In this document: positions 40,381-51,351 of the stretch, piece after piece
How positions within the stretch are numbered: the first letter of the stretch is position 1
Layout of the letters: every line of letters starts with the position of its first letter
From: Candidatus Onthousia faecigallinarum
GTDB taxonomy: Bacteria; Bacillota_I; Bacilli_A; RF39; UBA660
DNA length: 64,000 nt
Reading direction: 5' to 3'
Assembly (NCBI GenBank): GCA_018716225.1
Contig: DVKE01000048.1
Span: forward strand, 166-64,165
Notes under the pieces: generated by a model
What the model was told of the DNA's origin: nothing
Database searches by the model: none
The model's input: the letters and a program-made list of their open reading frames with translations, nothing else
Translations under genes and position numbers: made by a program

Positions 40381-41271
40381 TTACTGATCTAAATTCATAA
40401 TTTCAAGAATTCTAGTTAAATCATTTGCATTTGTAAATTTAATTTCAATTTTATTATTTTTAATTTTTACTTTTGTTCCCAATTTTTCACAAAGATTATC
40501 CGCTACATAATCATATTCATTATGCTCTTTTTTTGTTTTTGATATTTCCTTTTTACGATGATATTCCAAAGGAGAAGAAGTTAATTCTTCTAATTTTCGA
40601 ACACTAAGGCCATCATTTACAACCTTATCAGCCAATTCCAAAATCTGCTTTTTATCGTTTAATTTACTTAAAATACGAGCATGGCCCATGGTTAACTGAC
40701 CTGTTGTAATATAATCTTTTACTTCTTCTGGAAGTTGTAAAAGACCTAACATATTCGTAACATGACTACGACTCTTTCCTACTTTCTTTGCTAGTTCTTC
40801 TTGGGTTAAATGAAGAGATTCTTGTAATTTTTGATAAGCGGTCGCTTCCTCTAAAGCAGACAAATCCTCTCTTTGTAAGTTCTCAAGAAGAGCAATTTCC
40901 ATCATCTCTTCATCGGTAAAGTTTTTAACAATCGCCGGTATTGTTTCTAAACCAGCCATCCGACTTGCTTTTACTCTACGTTCTCCAGCAATGATCTCAT
41001 ATCCTTTTACACTTTTTTTCGCAATAATAGGTTGAAAAACGCCATGTTTTTTAATTGAATCTGCAAGTTCTTGTAAAGATTCTTCCTCAAAATTTTTACG
41101 AGGTTGATAAGGATTACTACGTAGCTCATCCAATTTAAGATTAACAATACTCTCTTTTGGCGTACTATCAATAATTCGCTCTTCTACTTGACTAATATCC
41201 ATCTGTTCACTACTGAACAATTCTTCTAATCCTTTTCCCAACGCTCTTCTTTTAGTTTCCATTTTGTTCAA
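40381..41271 (-). CDS. spo0J: Chromosome partitioning protein ParB/Spo0J
   Basis: GERRVKASRMAGLETIPAIV has the ParB box and an HTH. Confidence 0.9.
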   Translation of the reverse strand: MNKMETKRRALGKGLEELFSSEQMDISQVEERIIDSTPKESIVNLKLDELRSNPYQPRKNFEEESLQELADSIKKHGVFQPIIAKKSVKGYEIIAGERRVKASRMAGLETIPAIVKNFTDEEMMEIALLENLQREDLSALEEATAYQKLQESLHLTQEELAKKVGKSRSHVTNMLGLLQLPEEVKDYITTGQLTMGHARILSKLNDKKQILELADKVVNDGLSVRKLEELTSSPLEYHRKKEISKTKKEHNEYDYVADNLCEKLGTKVKIKNNKIEIKFTNANDLTRILEIMNLDQ

Positions 41272-42037
41272 TCACTTCCTTTGCTAGATTTAAATAAGCC
41301 TCTGCCCCTTTACTTTTTGGATCATAAACAATAATTGGTTCTCCATGACTTGGCGCTTCTGTTAAACGAATTAACCGAGGGATAATGGTATTATAAACCT
41401 TTTCTTTGAAAAATTTGCGTATATCATCAACCACTTCAAATCCCAAGTTTGTTCTTGAATCTAACATAGTTAAGAGTACTCCTTCAATATCTAAGTTTGG
41501 ATTTAATTGCTTTTGAGCTAACCGAATGGTATTCAAAAGTTGCATAATTCCCTCTAAAGCAAAAAATTCACATTGAACAGGAATAATAACAGAATCACTT
41601 GCTGTTAAAGCATTCGTGGTAATAAGGCCTAACGAAGGAGGACAATCAATGATAATAAAATCAAATTTATCTTTGATTAATGCCAGATGTTGTTTTAATT
41701 GAGCACCTTTTACAAAGCTAGGATCTGTTTGACTTTTCTCCATTAATTCAATATCAAGTCCAGCTAAATTGATCGTAGCCGGCAAAACATAAAGTTGTTT
41801 ATATTTCGTCTTAACCATAGCATCAAGAATATTACACTTGTTGGTCAAAACATCATAAACACTTCTTTCAATATCTCCTTTATTAATTCCAACACCAGTA
41901 GTCGTATTTCCTTGCGGATCAAGATCGATCAACAAAACCCTTTTTCCAAAAAAAGCTAGTGAAGCTGAAAGGTTAATACTAGTAGTTGTCTTTCCTACTC
42001 CGCCTTTTTGATTCACTAATGAAATAACCTTTCCCAT
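41252..42037 (-). CDS. soj: Chromosome partitioning ATPase ParA/Soj
   Basis: It has Walker A KGGVGKTT. The start is chosen at MGKVISL, with RBS GAGTGA. The longer ORF extends to 42118. Confidence 0.9.
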   Translation of the reverse strand: MGKVISLVNQKGGVGKTTTSINLSASLAFFGKRVLLIDLDPQGNTTTGVGINKGDIERSVYDVLTNKCNILDAMVKTKYKQLYVLPATINLAGLDIELMEKSQTDPSFVKGAQLKQHLALIKDKFDFIIIDCPPSLGLITTNALTASDSVIIPVQCEFFALEGIMQLLNTIRLAQKQLNPNLDIEGVLLTMLDSRTNLGFEVVDDIRKFFKEKVYNTIIPRLIRLTEAPSHGEPIIVYDPKSKGAEAYLNLAKEVIEQNGN

Positions 42038-42140
42038 ATTTATCACTCTCTTCTTTTTCCATCTAGTACTCTTATTTATTGTATCAAAAATAAAAAGAGT
42101 TGAAAACCATTTTAGCAAAAAAAGTAGATTTCTCTACTTC

Positions 42141-43646
42141 TTAACTTTCTTTTTCCTTGGTAATTTTGATTACAATTTGATAATTCTTTTCAAAGTCCAT
42201 CTCTTCAATATCTACTTTGAAACCACTCGCTTCGATATCTTTTACAGTATTACGAATTAATTCGATAGATTCATTTAAATCATAATGAGGTTTTGCCTCC
42301 ACAGTTTGTTGTTTGATACCTTCCAATTTCTGAACATCGTCCGCAAAAATAGGATTATGAGCGAAAGGATTACTATAAGTATCCAAATAAGGTATTTTGT
42401 CTTCTTCTTTTGATGATGGAGCTGTTAAACTAGAATCAACAACAGGAGGAGTTTTTCCAACTCCAGCAAGAAGAGTGTCCATAGAAGTAGGAGTCGATGA
42501 TTCCATTTCCTTTTTCGAAGGAGTAAAATCATCTGCCGTAATTCCTGGGGTAGGAATAATATTTGCATTAATATTACTGCCTTCTTGGTTATTTGGTTTA
42601 TTCTCTTGTCTTTCTTCCTCTTTATCATCTAATGGTTGAAAGAAACGAAAAGTAGATGGAGAAGGATCACTTGATGAAGAGGTTGATGAATTATCATCAG
42701 AAGATTTTGATTCCGTCGTTCCTTTTAATAAATCATCAGTATTAACGTTTTTCGGAATACTTTGAGGAATATCTTGAGCCGTTGCCTTCATCTCATCTAA
42801 ATTAATAGGCATACTAGCAGTGCTTGTCAAATCACTATCAATAGTCTTCGGTACATCTTCACCATAATCAATAAATTTTGGAGGAGTACTATAATCAATT
42901 CCAACACTTTGATTGAACTCTGAAGAAGTAGAAGCTGGGATAGAAGTTGTAGAAGTATTCGAAGAAGATACTTTCGTTTCTGGTTCATTTACCGGTACTG
43001 CCTTTGTTTTTAATAATTGCTCCATTTCTTCTGTTGAAACGGTTGGCTTTTGATTAATCTTCTCTTCCAATTCCCGAACAGTCATTTTTTTATCAATAAT
43101 TTCCTTTAGCAATTCTTTTTGCTTTTCTTTATCTGGAACACTAAGAAGAGCTCTAGCATGTCTTTCTGAAATTTGATCTTTTAATAAAGCATCTTGCACT
43201 TCTTCTGGTAAAGATAATAATCGAAGTTTATTCGCAACTGCACTTTGACTTTTTCCCATTGTCTTAGCAAGTTCTTCTTGAGTCATCTGATCAAGTTCCA
43301 AAATCTTTTGATAAGTTCTTGCTTCTTCAATAGGATTCAAATTTTTCCTTTGTAAATTTTCAAGTAAAGCTACCTTACTACTTTCTTTATCATCTAAATT
43401 ACGAACAATCGCTGGAATTTTCGTAAGACCAGCTAATGCAGAAGCCTTATATCGACGCTCTCCAGCAATAATTTCATATTTATTTCCAATATTTCGAACA
43501 ATAATTGGTTGAATTACTCCATGCTCCTTAATAGAAACAGCTAATTCTTTCAACGATTTCTCATCAAAAACCTGTCTTGGCTGAAAACGATTTGGAATAA
43601 TATCATCTAAATATAAATATACAACTTCATTTTCATTATTTTGCAT
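42141..43646 (-). CDS. noc: ParB-family Noc-like protein with a long low-complexity S/T/P-rich C-terminal extension
   Basis: The N-terminal 200 aa is ParB/Noc-like (GERRYKASALAGLTKIPAIV). It is followed by about 270 aa of low complexity, then a short conserved C-terminal domain. Confidence 0.6.
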   Translation of the reverse strand: MQNNENEVVYLYLDDIIPNRFQPRQVFDEKSLKELAVSIKEHGVIQPIIVRNIGNKYEIIAGERRYKASALAGLTKIPAIVRNLDDKESSKVALLENLQRKNLNPIEEARTYQKILELDQMTQEELAKTMGKSQSAVANKLRLLSLPEEVQDALLKDQISERHARALLSVPDKEKQKELLKEIIDKKMTVRELEEKINQKPTVSTEEMEQLLKTKAVPVNEPETKVSSSNTSTTSIPASTSSEFNQSVGIDYSTPPKFIDYGEDVPKTIDSDLTSTASMPINLDEMKATAQDIPQSIPKNVNTDDLLKGTTESKSSDDNSSTSSSSDPSPSTFRFFQPLDDKEEERQENKPNNQEGSNINANIIPTPGITADDFTPSKKEMESSTPTSMDTLLAGVGKTPPVVDSSLTAPSSKEEDKIPYLDTYSNPFAHNPIFADDVQKLEGIKQQTVEAKPHYDLNESIELIRNTVKDIEASGFKVDIEEMDFEKNYQIVIKITKEKES

Positions 43647-43748
43647 TTTAATCCCTCACTTTTTATTCTTCACACGAATCCTATGTTACCATTATAGCAT
43701 CAAAAAAAAGGAAAATCTACTATTTTCCAAAAAAGTGTTTTCATAAAT

Positions 43749-45468
43749 GTAACAGTTCAGACTTAGACACTGAAAAAGAAGAGTAATTTCAAAGTTGCTC
43801 TTTTATTATGAAAATAATATTTGTTTATTAAATATAGCTTTGATAGATTCAAAAGGATTTATTCCTCTTTTTATAGAGGTCTTTATTATCGATAGAGTAT
43901 TTACATAATGTTTCGCTGCTTCCATACTTCTAAATCCACCTGATATTTTTGTTTTAGTTTTAAACATTCTTAAATCTTGCTCACTTAAATTATTATCAAA
44001 TGGTACTTCAAAATCTTTTATAAAGTATAAATGATTACTTTTGTACTTCTTTAATCTTCTGTATAGTTTGTTTGCTTTCTCTTTATAGTAACTGGATTTT
44101 ATTAATTTGTTTTCCTCCTTTGCTAATTCTAAAAGACTATCAAATTCTTTTTCATATTCTTTTATCTTATCCTTATCAAATTTTTTTAATCCAAAACTAA
44201 TAGCTATTTTTTTAGTATTATTCATCCTAAAAATAAATTCTTTCAACTTTGTTGCCCAAGTTATATTTTTTATATTTTGAATCAGTTCCTCTAAGTATCT
44301 TCCTACATGAATATTACATTCATAATTTTCTATTCCATATCTTTGTAATGTAGTATCATGATCTCCCATAATACCACCACAAAAACGGGTAAGGATATTA
44401 TCCTCTTGAATAGGGCTATGTCCCTTATTTTTATGTGCTTTATAAATAACAGTATTTTCATTACTATAATTTCTCACATACATATTCTTCTCATTAAACT
44501 TAGTTCCCGTTTCGTCGGTATAGGTGTACTTACTATCAAGTATATCCTTTTCTAAGATTTCTAGTGTAGGGATACATTTATGACTAAACTCATAAAAAAT
44601 ATTTACAAGATTTCCTTTTGATATTCGAATTACTCCATCTGTTATTACATTAAAGAAATAGTCAATCTATCATATGATATAACATTATAAACACCTAATT
44701 CAATGGAAAGTGCTTTTATACTGTTATCATAAGTAACATCAGTATAGAACTCTTTTGGAAGAGTATCTTTTGCATTTTCTTCATATCTAAATACATGTTT
44801 TTCAACATAAGGCTTTATTTCTATTCCTAGTTTATATTTTATTATATTTTCTTTTGATGCCTTGCCTTTTATAGTATGAGAAAATTCTCTTACTTCCACT
44901 TTTTTCTTTTCAATTAATTTTTCAACAGTTTCTTTATTTAATGAATGGCCAATATGTCCATATTGTCCCCCTGATTTCTTTATGCTCTTGATTCTATAAT
45001 TGTATATGTTAGAGCCTGTCTTCTTTTTAGGAGTAGTCATATTAGTGGATGATGGTTTCGAAGAATTAGAACTATTTTTATTATTTTTGTTTTTTAATCT
45101 GTCTATTTCTTCTAATAATTGTGTAATTTTTTCATCTTTTTCTTGGATAATTTTATTTAATTTCTTTATTTCTAAATTGAGGTTATAAATAATTAGTGAT
45201 TGTTCATTTATTTTTTGTAATGATGCGTCTAATTTTTTAGAAATTTCTTCCAATTGCTTAAACATATCTGTCATATATCCTTTACCCATTTAAATCACTA
45301 TCCTCTATAGATTATAGTATTACAATAAATCATTTATAAATCAATAGTTTTGAAGCGATTTCTTAAATCTGTGGATAAAGTAAAAATAAGAGTCCATAAA
45401 ACCCTTATTTTTCAATACCTATTTTATTCAATTGTGCATAATTTTTTGTTTAAGATCTGAACTGTTAC
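43749..45468. mobile_element. IS66-family insertion sequence (single-transposase type), 1720 bp, with 13-bp terminal inverted repeats GTAACAGTTCAGA and an 8-bp target site duplication TCATAAAT
   Basis: The left end is GTAACAGTTCAGA at 43749-43761. The right end is its reverse complement at 45456-45468. The duplications TCATAAAT lie at 43741-43748 and 45469-45476. Confidence 0.75.
43806..45289 (-). pseudogene. IS66-family transposase, frameshifted near 44645-44666
   Basis: The N-terminal ORF (44645-45289) has a coiled-coil and KSGGQYGHIGHS block. The C-terminal ORF (43806-44483, stop-to-stop up to 44666) has the YTDETGTK DDE region and DNNLSEQDLR..KISGGFRSMEAAKHYVNTLSIIKT. The two are in different frames. 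Confidence 0.7.
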
Positions 45469-45487
45469 TCATAAATAAATTTACGAC

Positions 45488-45997
45488 TTAATGACAACTA
45501 GAAGAGCCTGACAAATAATTAGAAGAACAATATTCATCATTAGAAAGCTCAACAATAATAGCAGAAGAAGCAAGCTCTAGATTTGAAAACCCACCGCCAA
45601 AACAATAGGTACGAATATTGCCAGTTCCATAGATACAGCGTCCATCATGATCATAGAACCAAGAATCATTTGCTTCTAATATTTTTCGATTTTCTTCTTC
45701 TAAACCTTCGCCACTTTCCATGCAATATTCTTGATCTGTTACAAAACAGACATATGTTTTTGTAATAGTAAAATCCTCTACTTCATGCTTTAAATACGTA
45801 GTCCGATGTAAAGAACTAGGATCTGTTACATAATCGATTTCAGCAATAGAATCACCATTATACAAATCTTCTGTCCCATACCGATAAATGGTTCCTGTTC
45901 CACTAAAACTATTTTTTTCATCTGAAGAACCACATCCAGTTAACACAAACACAAATAACACAATAACAAAACCATAAAAAATACGCTTTTTCATCAA
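45488..45997 (-). CDS. Lipoprotein (hypothetical)
   Basis: It has a signal peptide plus lipobox LTGC. Confidence 0.5.
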   Translation of the reverse strand: MMKKRIFYGFVIVLFVFVLTGCGSSDEKNSFSGTGTIYRYGTEDLYNGDSIAEIDYVTDPSSLHRTTYLKHEVEDFTITKTYVCFVTDQEYCMESGEGLEEENRKILEANDSWFYDHDGRCIYGTGNIRTYCFGGGFSNLELASSAIIVELSNDEYCSSNYLSGSSSCH

Positions 45998-46068
45998 AAT
46001 CCTCCACCTAATATCTTACTCTTTTACAATATACCATATAATAAAACATTTTACTATATACTATTATA

Positions 46069-46728
46069 TTATGCTTCATTTTTTTTAATCATTAAAATAG
46101 TACGTTTACTTTCTTCTTTTGGCAATAAAAAGGAAATTTTCTTCTCTAAAGTCCAATGCTTTTTCTGCAAAAGATCAGAAGAAAGATCTAATTCTTCTTC
46201 AACATTTCCTTTCATCGCTAAAAATACTCCATTTTTTTGAACCAGAGGCATACACCAACCTAACAATTTAGGCAAGGAAGCGACTGCCCGGGCCGTAACA
46301 ATATCAAATTTTCGATTCTGTCTAGCCAAATCCTCCGCCCGAACATGAACTGCTTCAATTCCAACAAGACCTAACGCTTCTACCACTTCATTTAAATAGT
46401 TAATTCTTTTTTGTAAAGCATCAATTAAAGTAACTTTTAAATTTGGAAAAAAGATTTTTAAAACAATTCCCGGAAATCCCGCTCCACTTCCTACATCACA
46501 AAGACTAAGATCTCCTTCAAAAGAATAAGCTTTCACCAAAGTTAAGCTATCATAAAAATGCTTTAAATATACTTCTTCTTTTTCAACAATACGCGTTAAG
46601 TTCATTTGTTTATTTGTTTTTATTAATATTTCATAAAACTGTTCCAACTGATGCATCTTCTCATCTGTTACAGAAATTCCTAAACGTTCTAATTCTTTTT
46701 TAAATTCTTCTTCGGTCATATTAATCAC
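46069..46728 (-). CDS. rsmG: 16S rRNA (guanine527-N7)-methyltransferase
   Basis: GidB family; [10 protein letters not shown]. Confidence 0.9.
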   Translation of the reverse strand: MINMTEEEFKKELERLGISVTDEKMHQLEQFYEILIKTNKQMNLTRIVEKEEVYLKHFYDSLTLVKAYSFEGDLSLCDVGSGAGFPGIVLKIFFPNLKVTLIDALQKRINYLNEVVEALGLVGIEAVHVRAEDLARQNRKFDIVTARAVASLPKLLGWCMPLVQKNGVFLAMKGNVEEELDLSSDLLQKKHWTLEKKISFLLPKEESKRTILMIKKNEA

Positions 46729-48610
46729 CTCTTCTTTTTAAAAAGACAGATAAAATAGCAATATCACTAGGATTTACTCCACTGATTCGACTCGCTTGTC
46801 CTAAAGTAAGAGGACGAACTTCTTCTAACTTTTGCCTTGCTTCAGAAGCTAAATTAGAAATAAGAGTATAATCAATATCAAGTGGAATCTTTTTATTTTC
46901 TAAAGATAACATCTTTTCCGCTTCTTTCTCTGCTTTTTTAATATACCCCTCATATTGAATTTTAATCTCAACTTCTTCTAAAACTTCTTTTTCATAAGGC
47001 AATTCTACAAAAGAAGCCAAATCTTCTATTTTTATTTCTGGTCTTTTTAAAAGATCATAAAGACAAATACTATCTTTTAAAGGAGTCGTATTTAATTCCA
47101 TTAAAATCTCATTTACTTTCTTAGTAGGAGTAATCCTAGTCTGCTGTAAAAATTGTATTAATTCCGTAATTTTTTCCTTTTTTGTAATAAATTTATGATA
47201 AATATCCGAAGAAATTAATCCTACCTGATACCCATATTCTCTCAATCTTAAATCAGCATTGTCATTTCTTAATAAAAGACGATACTCTGCGCGAGAAGTT
47301 AATAATCGATAAGGATCTCTTACTCCTTTTGTTACTAAATCATCAATTAAAACGCCAATATAAGCTTCGTTTCTTTTTAAAATAAGAGGTTCTCTTTTCT
47401 CAAGTTTTAAACAAGCATTAATTCCTGCCATTAAACCTTGTCCTGCCGCTTCTTCATAACCACTTGTACCATTAATCTGTCCTGCTGTATATAATCCTTC
47501 CACTAATTTCGTTTCTAAGGTTGGCTGAATCTGCTTGGAATCAATTGCATCATATTCAATCGCATAAGCATAACGTAAAATTTTAGCGTTTTCTAATCCT
47601 TGTAAACTATGAACCATCTCTTCTTGAACATATTCTGGCATACTCGTAGAAAAACCTTGCAAATAAATATCATCATAAGATAAACTCTCTGGCTCTAAAA
47701 ATAACTGATGTCTCTCTTTTTCTGCAAAACGAACCACTTTATCTTCAATCGAAGGACAATATCTTGGTCCAATTCCCTCAACATATCCTCCATACATACT
47801 AGATTCATTTAAATGTTCTTTAATAATATGATGCGTTTGTTGATTAGTATAAATCAAATGACAAGGAATCTGATACTGATAAGCCAAAGCTGTTTTATTA
47901 TCGAAAGAAAACGTGATATCTTCCTTACTTCCTTCTTCTAAAGCTGTTTTAGAAAAATCAATACTACTCTTCTCAATTCTAGGTGGCGTTCCTGTTTTTA
48001 GTCGTTTAATCGTAAAGCCAAGATCTCTTAAACGATCACTTAAAAACTTACTTGCTTTTTCTCCATGAGGCCCTTCTTGTTTTTTACTACTACCAATTAA
48101 TATAGAAGCCTTCAAATAAGTACCAGTTGTTAAAATGACGGCCTTTCCTGCTACTTTCACTCCATCTTCTAAAATAACACCATGAATCGTATGATCTTCT
48201 ACGATTAAATCTTCTACCATCGCTTCCCGAATCGTAAGGTTTTTTTGTCCAAAAAGTGTTTTTTTCATCTCTTCTTTATAGATTACCTTATCTGCTTGAG
48301 CCCTTAAAGCTTGAACAGCAGGACCCTTTTTCGTATTTAATAACTTCATCTGTAAAGAACTTTTATCCGTATTCTTCGCCATTTCTCCGCCCAAAGCATC
48401 GATCTCACGCACAACAATTCCTTTCGCTGGTCCTCCAATCGAAGGATTACAAGGCATATCGGCGATATTATTTATATTTCCTGTTATTAATAAGGTTTCA
48501 TGGCCCATCCGAGCACAAGCTAAACACGCTTCACAACCCGCATGACCTCCACCTACTACAATGACATCATACTTCACATTATCACTTCCTAAATCTATTT
48601 TCCAACACAA
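46721..48610 (-). CDS. mnmG: tRNA uridine 5-carboxymethylaminomethyl modification enzyme MnmG
   Basis: 629 aa; FAD-binding [13 protein letters not shown]. Confidence 0.95.
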   Translation of the reverse strand: MCWKIDLGSDNVKYDVIVVGGGHAGCEACLACARMGHETLLITGNINNIADMPCNPSIGGPAKGIVVREIDALGGEMAKNTDKSSLQMKLLNTKKGPAVQALRAQADKVIYKEEMKKTLFGQKNLTIREAMVEDLIVEDHTIHGVILEDGVKVAGKAVILTTGTYLKASILIGSSKKQEGPHGEKASKFLSDRLRDLGFTIKRLKTGTPPRIEKSSIDFSKTALEEGSKEDITFSFDNKTALAYQYQIPCHLIYTNQQTHHIIKEHLNESSMYGGYVEGIGPRYCPSIEDKVVRFAEKERHQLFLEPESLSYDDIYLQGFSTSMPEYVQEEMVHSLQGLENAKILRYAYAIEYDAIDSKQIQPTLETKLVEGLYTAGQINGTSGYEEAAGQGLMAGINACLKLEKREPLILKRNEAYIGVLIDDLVTKGVRDPYRLLTSRAEYRLLLRNDNADLRLREYGYQVGLISSDIYHKFITKKEKITELIQFLQQTRITPTKKVNEILMELNTTPLKDSICLYDLLKRPEIKIEDLASFVELPYEKEVLEEVEIKIQYEGYIKKAEKEAEKMLSLENKKIPLDIDYTLISNLASEARQKLEEVRPLTLGQASRISGVNPSDIAILSVFLKRRGD

Positions 48611-49956
48611 AAATTAGCAAATAAAGTATCTAAAAGTTCATCATCATAACTTTCTCCTGTAATAGAACCAAGTGAAGATAAAACGTCTTGCAAATCGATT
48701 TCAATCATATCAAGACTTCGATCTTCTTTTAATCCCCTCTTAGCTTCTTCTAAACTATTAAGAGCCTGCTCTGCTAACACAATTTGCCTTTCTGTCGTTA
48801 AAAAAGTATCTTTCTCACTAATTAAATCCAATGAAAACATCTTTTTTATTTCATCCTTTAAAGGTAAAATTCCCTCAAAAGAAGTAGTATTCGTTGAAAC
48901 AACATGAGAAAAAGGAAAATCCTCTTTTTTTAATACTGGTTTTAAATCATTCTTATTTAAAACAATAATACTATTTTTATCTTTAATTTCTGATAAAATT
49001 AAGCGATCGTTTTCATTTAAAGGTTCATGAGCATTAAAAATAGCCAAAATCAAGTCAGCTTGTTTTATCATTTCAAGACTTTTTTCTACGCCAATCTTCT
49101 CCACAAGATTATCCGTATCTCGAATACCCGCCGTATCAATTAAAGAAAGTTCAATTCCATCAAAAATAATATTTCCTTCGATAATATCTCTCGTTGTGCC
49201 CTCAATATCCGTAACAATTGCTTTATCTTTTTGTAAAAAGGCATTCAAAATACTACTTTTTCCAACATTAGGTCGACCAATAATTACTGTCTTAATCCCA
49301 TTCTTAATCACTTGACCTTCTCTACTTTCTTTAATTAATTGTTTTAGTTCGGGTTCTAAGCGTTCGATTTCTTTTTTTATATCTTCTTTTGTTACTTCTT
49401 CAATATCTTGATATTCTGGATAATCAATATTGACTTCAATGTTAGCGATGAAATGTTTTAAACGTTCCCGAAAACTATTTATATAATTTTTTAAATGTCC
49501 TTCTAAGGAAGACATGGCCATTTTTCTTTGCTCTTCTGTTTTACTATTAATAATATCCATAACAGCTTCCGCTTCCGTCAAATCAATTCTACCATTTAAA
49601 AAAGCTCTCTTCGTAAATTCCCCAGGTTCTGCTAATCTTGCTCCTTCCTGTTGCAATAACTCAAAAACTTTTAAGGTTGTCTCAATTCCGCCATGACAAT
49701 TAATTTCCACTACATCTTCTCTCGTAAAAGTTTTAGGAGCCTTCATAAAGGATACTAATACTTCATCTATTTTTTCTTTTTTATTTATAATATAACCATA
49801 AGAAATGGTATGACTTGCTACTTTTTCTAAATCTCTTGAAAATATTTTATTCACAATAGGAATTGCCTCTGTACCACTTACTCGTATAATAGAAATAGCC
49901 CCAACACCTAATTTTGTCGCAATCGCTACAATCGTATCACTAACCTCTTCTTGCAT
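48595..49956 (-). CDS. mnmE: tRNA modification GTPase MnmE
   Basis: It has the DTIVAIAT N-terminus, G-domain GRPNVGKSS and a C-terminal CVGK. The start is chosen at MQEEV. The longer ORF extends to 50022. Confidence 0.9.
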   Translation of the reverse strand: MQEEVSDTIVAIATKLGVGAISIIRVSGTEAIPIVNKIFSRDLEKVASHTISYGYIINKKEKIDEVLVSFMKAPKTFTREDVVEINCHGGIETTLKVFELLQQEGARLAEPGEFTKRAFLNGRIDLTEAEAVMDIINSKTEEQRKMAMSSLEGHLKNYINSFRERLKHFIANIEVNIDYPEYQDIEEVTKEDIKKEIERLEPELKQLIKESREGQVIKNGIKTVIIGRPNVGKSSILNAFLQKDKAIVTDIEGTTRDIIEGNIIFDGIELSLIDTAGIRDTDNLVEKIGVEKSLEMIKQADLILAIFNAHEPLNENDRLILSEIKDKNSIIVLNKNDLKPVLKKEDFPFSHVVSTNTTSFEGILPLKDEIKKMFSLDLISEKDTFLTTERQIVLAEQALNSLEEAKRGLKEDRSLDMIEIDLQDVLSSLGSITGESYDDELLDTLFANFCVGK

Positions 49957-50677
49957 TTTTACTATATACCTTTCCTTTCGATTCAAGAATATAAATAGCT
50001 TTCTCTCCATAAAATGCTTCATTTTCTCGTTTCGTCATAGTTGTCTTGTCAATAGAACGAAGAAATTCCTCTTTGCTACTCCAGTAAAGAAAAGCATTAC
50101 CATGAATACGAACATGTTCTAAAGAATAGCTACTCTTTAAAATATCTTGTGTTAAAGTAGAAGAAAGTAAAGAAAAATTGACAACCGAAAAACTTTTAGG
50201 GTTTTCATAAATTTCTAACTGATAAGGATTATCAACCAAACGATCTCCTTCCATATACTTCATCGTTTGTAACACTTTTCTAGCATGGTTAAGATATTGA
50301 TCAAAATTGTCATAATAAATTACTAATGAAACCCTAGAGCGAATATCTTTATCATAAATATGGTTACAATCAAGATACTCTTCTCTTTCCTTATATTTAA
50401 CAAAGAAAGCTTTTTGTAATGTATTGCTTAAACCAAAATGATTTCTGCTAAGCCCCTTATCTTTTGATGAATCGTAAGGAGCAAAAACACATCCATCCTC
50501 TCCTACTTCAAGACTTTGTAAAAACTTTTGTTCTTTTTCTAATGCATCCATTTGCTTTAAGCAGCTACAATATTCTATAATAGAAGGTTTTTTCTCCAAA
50601 CGCATTTTTGTGGAGTTAGCTTCTGCTAAACGCTTCCCTTTTAGAATCAATAAATCTTCCAATTCATTTTGTTTCAT
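49940..50677 (-). CDS. Hypothetical protein (245 aa) inserted between jag and mnmE
   Basis: It is a long ORF with no recognisable motifs. Confidence 0.4.
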   Translation of the reverse strand: MKQNELEDLLILKGKRLAEANSTKMRLEKKPSIIEYCSCLKQMDALEKEQKFLQSLEVGEDGCVFAPYDSSKDKGLSRNHFGLSNTLQKAFFVKYKEREEYLDCNHIYDKDIRSRVSLVIYYDNFDQYLNHARKVLQTMKYMEGDRLVDNPYQLEIYENPKSFSVVNFSLLSSTLTQDILKSSYSLEHVRIHGNAFLYWSSKEEFLRSIDKTTMTKRENEAFYGEKAIYILESKGKVYSKNARRG

Positions 50678-50742
50678 AAATTCACCTCATTAATTGCCTT
50701 TATTATAGTAAAAACTTATTTTAAAGTAAAGAAAAAAGAAGA

Positions 50743-51351
50743 CTAATCTTCTTTTGGCTTGATAACAACTGCCCTATTTGGTTCTTCTCCTACACTTTCT
50801 GTATAAACGTATTTATTATTAGATAAAGCATTATGAACAATCCTTCTTTCATAAGAATTCATAGAATCCAGCTTTACTTCTATTTTCGTTTCTTTTACTT
50901 CTTTCGCTATTTTTCTAGCAAGCATTTCAAGATGTTTATCATTTTTTTCTTTATAATCAGAAACATCTAAGAAAAAGCGATAGTTATAATGTATTTCTTT
51001 CTGCAAAATTTGTTTTATTAAAAAAGTAAGAGCATTTAAATTCTTCCCATTTTTACCAATCAATAAAGCATCATGATTAGAATAAATTCGATAAGTTGGG
51101 ATATCATGAGTCATTTGTACTTCTATTTCTGCTTGAAATCCCATATCATAAAGTAATTGTTTTAACAAAGATTTAATATAATCTTTTACTTCTCTTTTTT
51201 CTATAACTTCTATCTCTACTTTTTTACTAAAAAGAGATTTTATTTCTTCTTTCATTGTAATAATTAAATTTTCTTCCGTCTCTTGCAAATCTAAAACAGC
51301 TTTATTTTTTGTTTCTTCAAATGTTTTACCAATATAACTATGCTTTACCAC
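50743..51351 (-). CDS. jag: RNA-binding protein Jag/KhpB (KH + R3H)
   Basis: It has a Jag N-terminal domain and KH/R3H C-terminal domains. Confidence 0.85.
   Translation of the reverse strand: MVKHSYIGKTFEETKNKAVLDLQETEENLIITMKEEIKSLFSKKVEIEVIEKREVKDYIKSLLKQLLYDMGFQAEIEVQMTHDIPTYRIYSNHDALLIGKNGKNLNALTFLIKQILQKEIHYNYRFFLDVSDYKEKNDKHLEMLARKIAKEVKETKIEVKLDSMNSYERRIVHNALSNNKYVYTESVGEEPNRAVVIKPKED

Noticed and set aside
42397-42639. Small ORFs on both strands inside the noc-like gene
   Set aside because: They lie within the low-complexity S/T-rich coding region and are composition artefacts.
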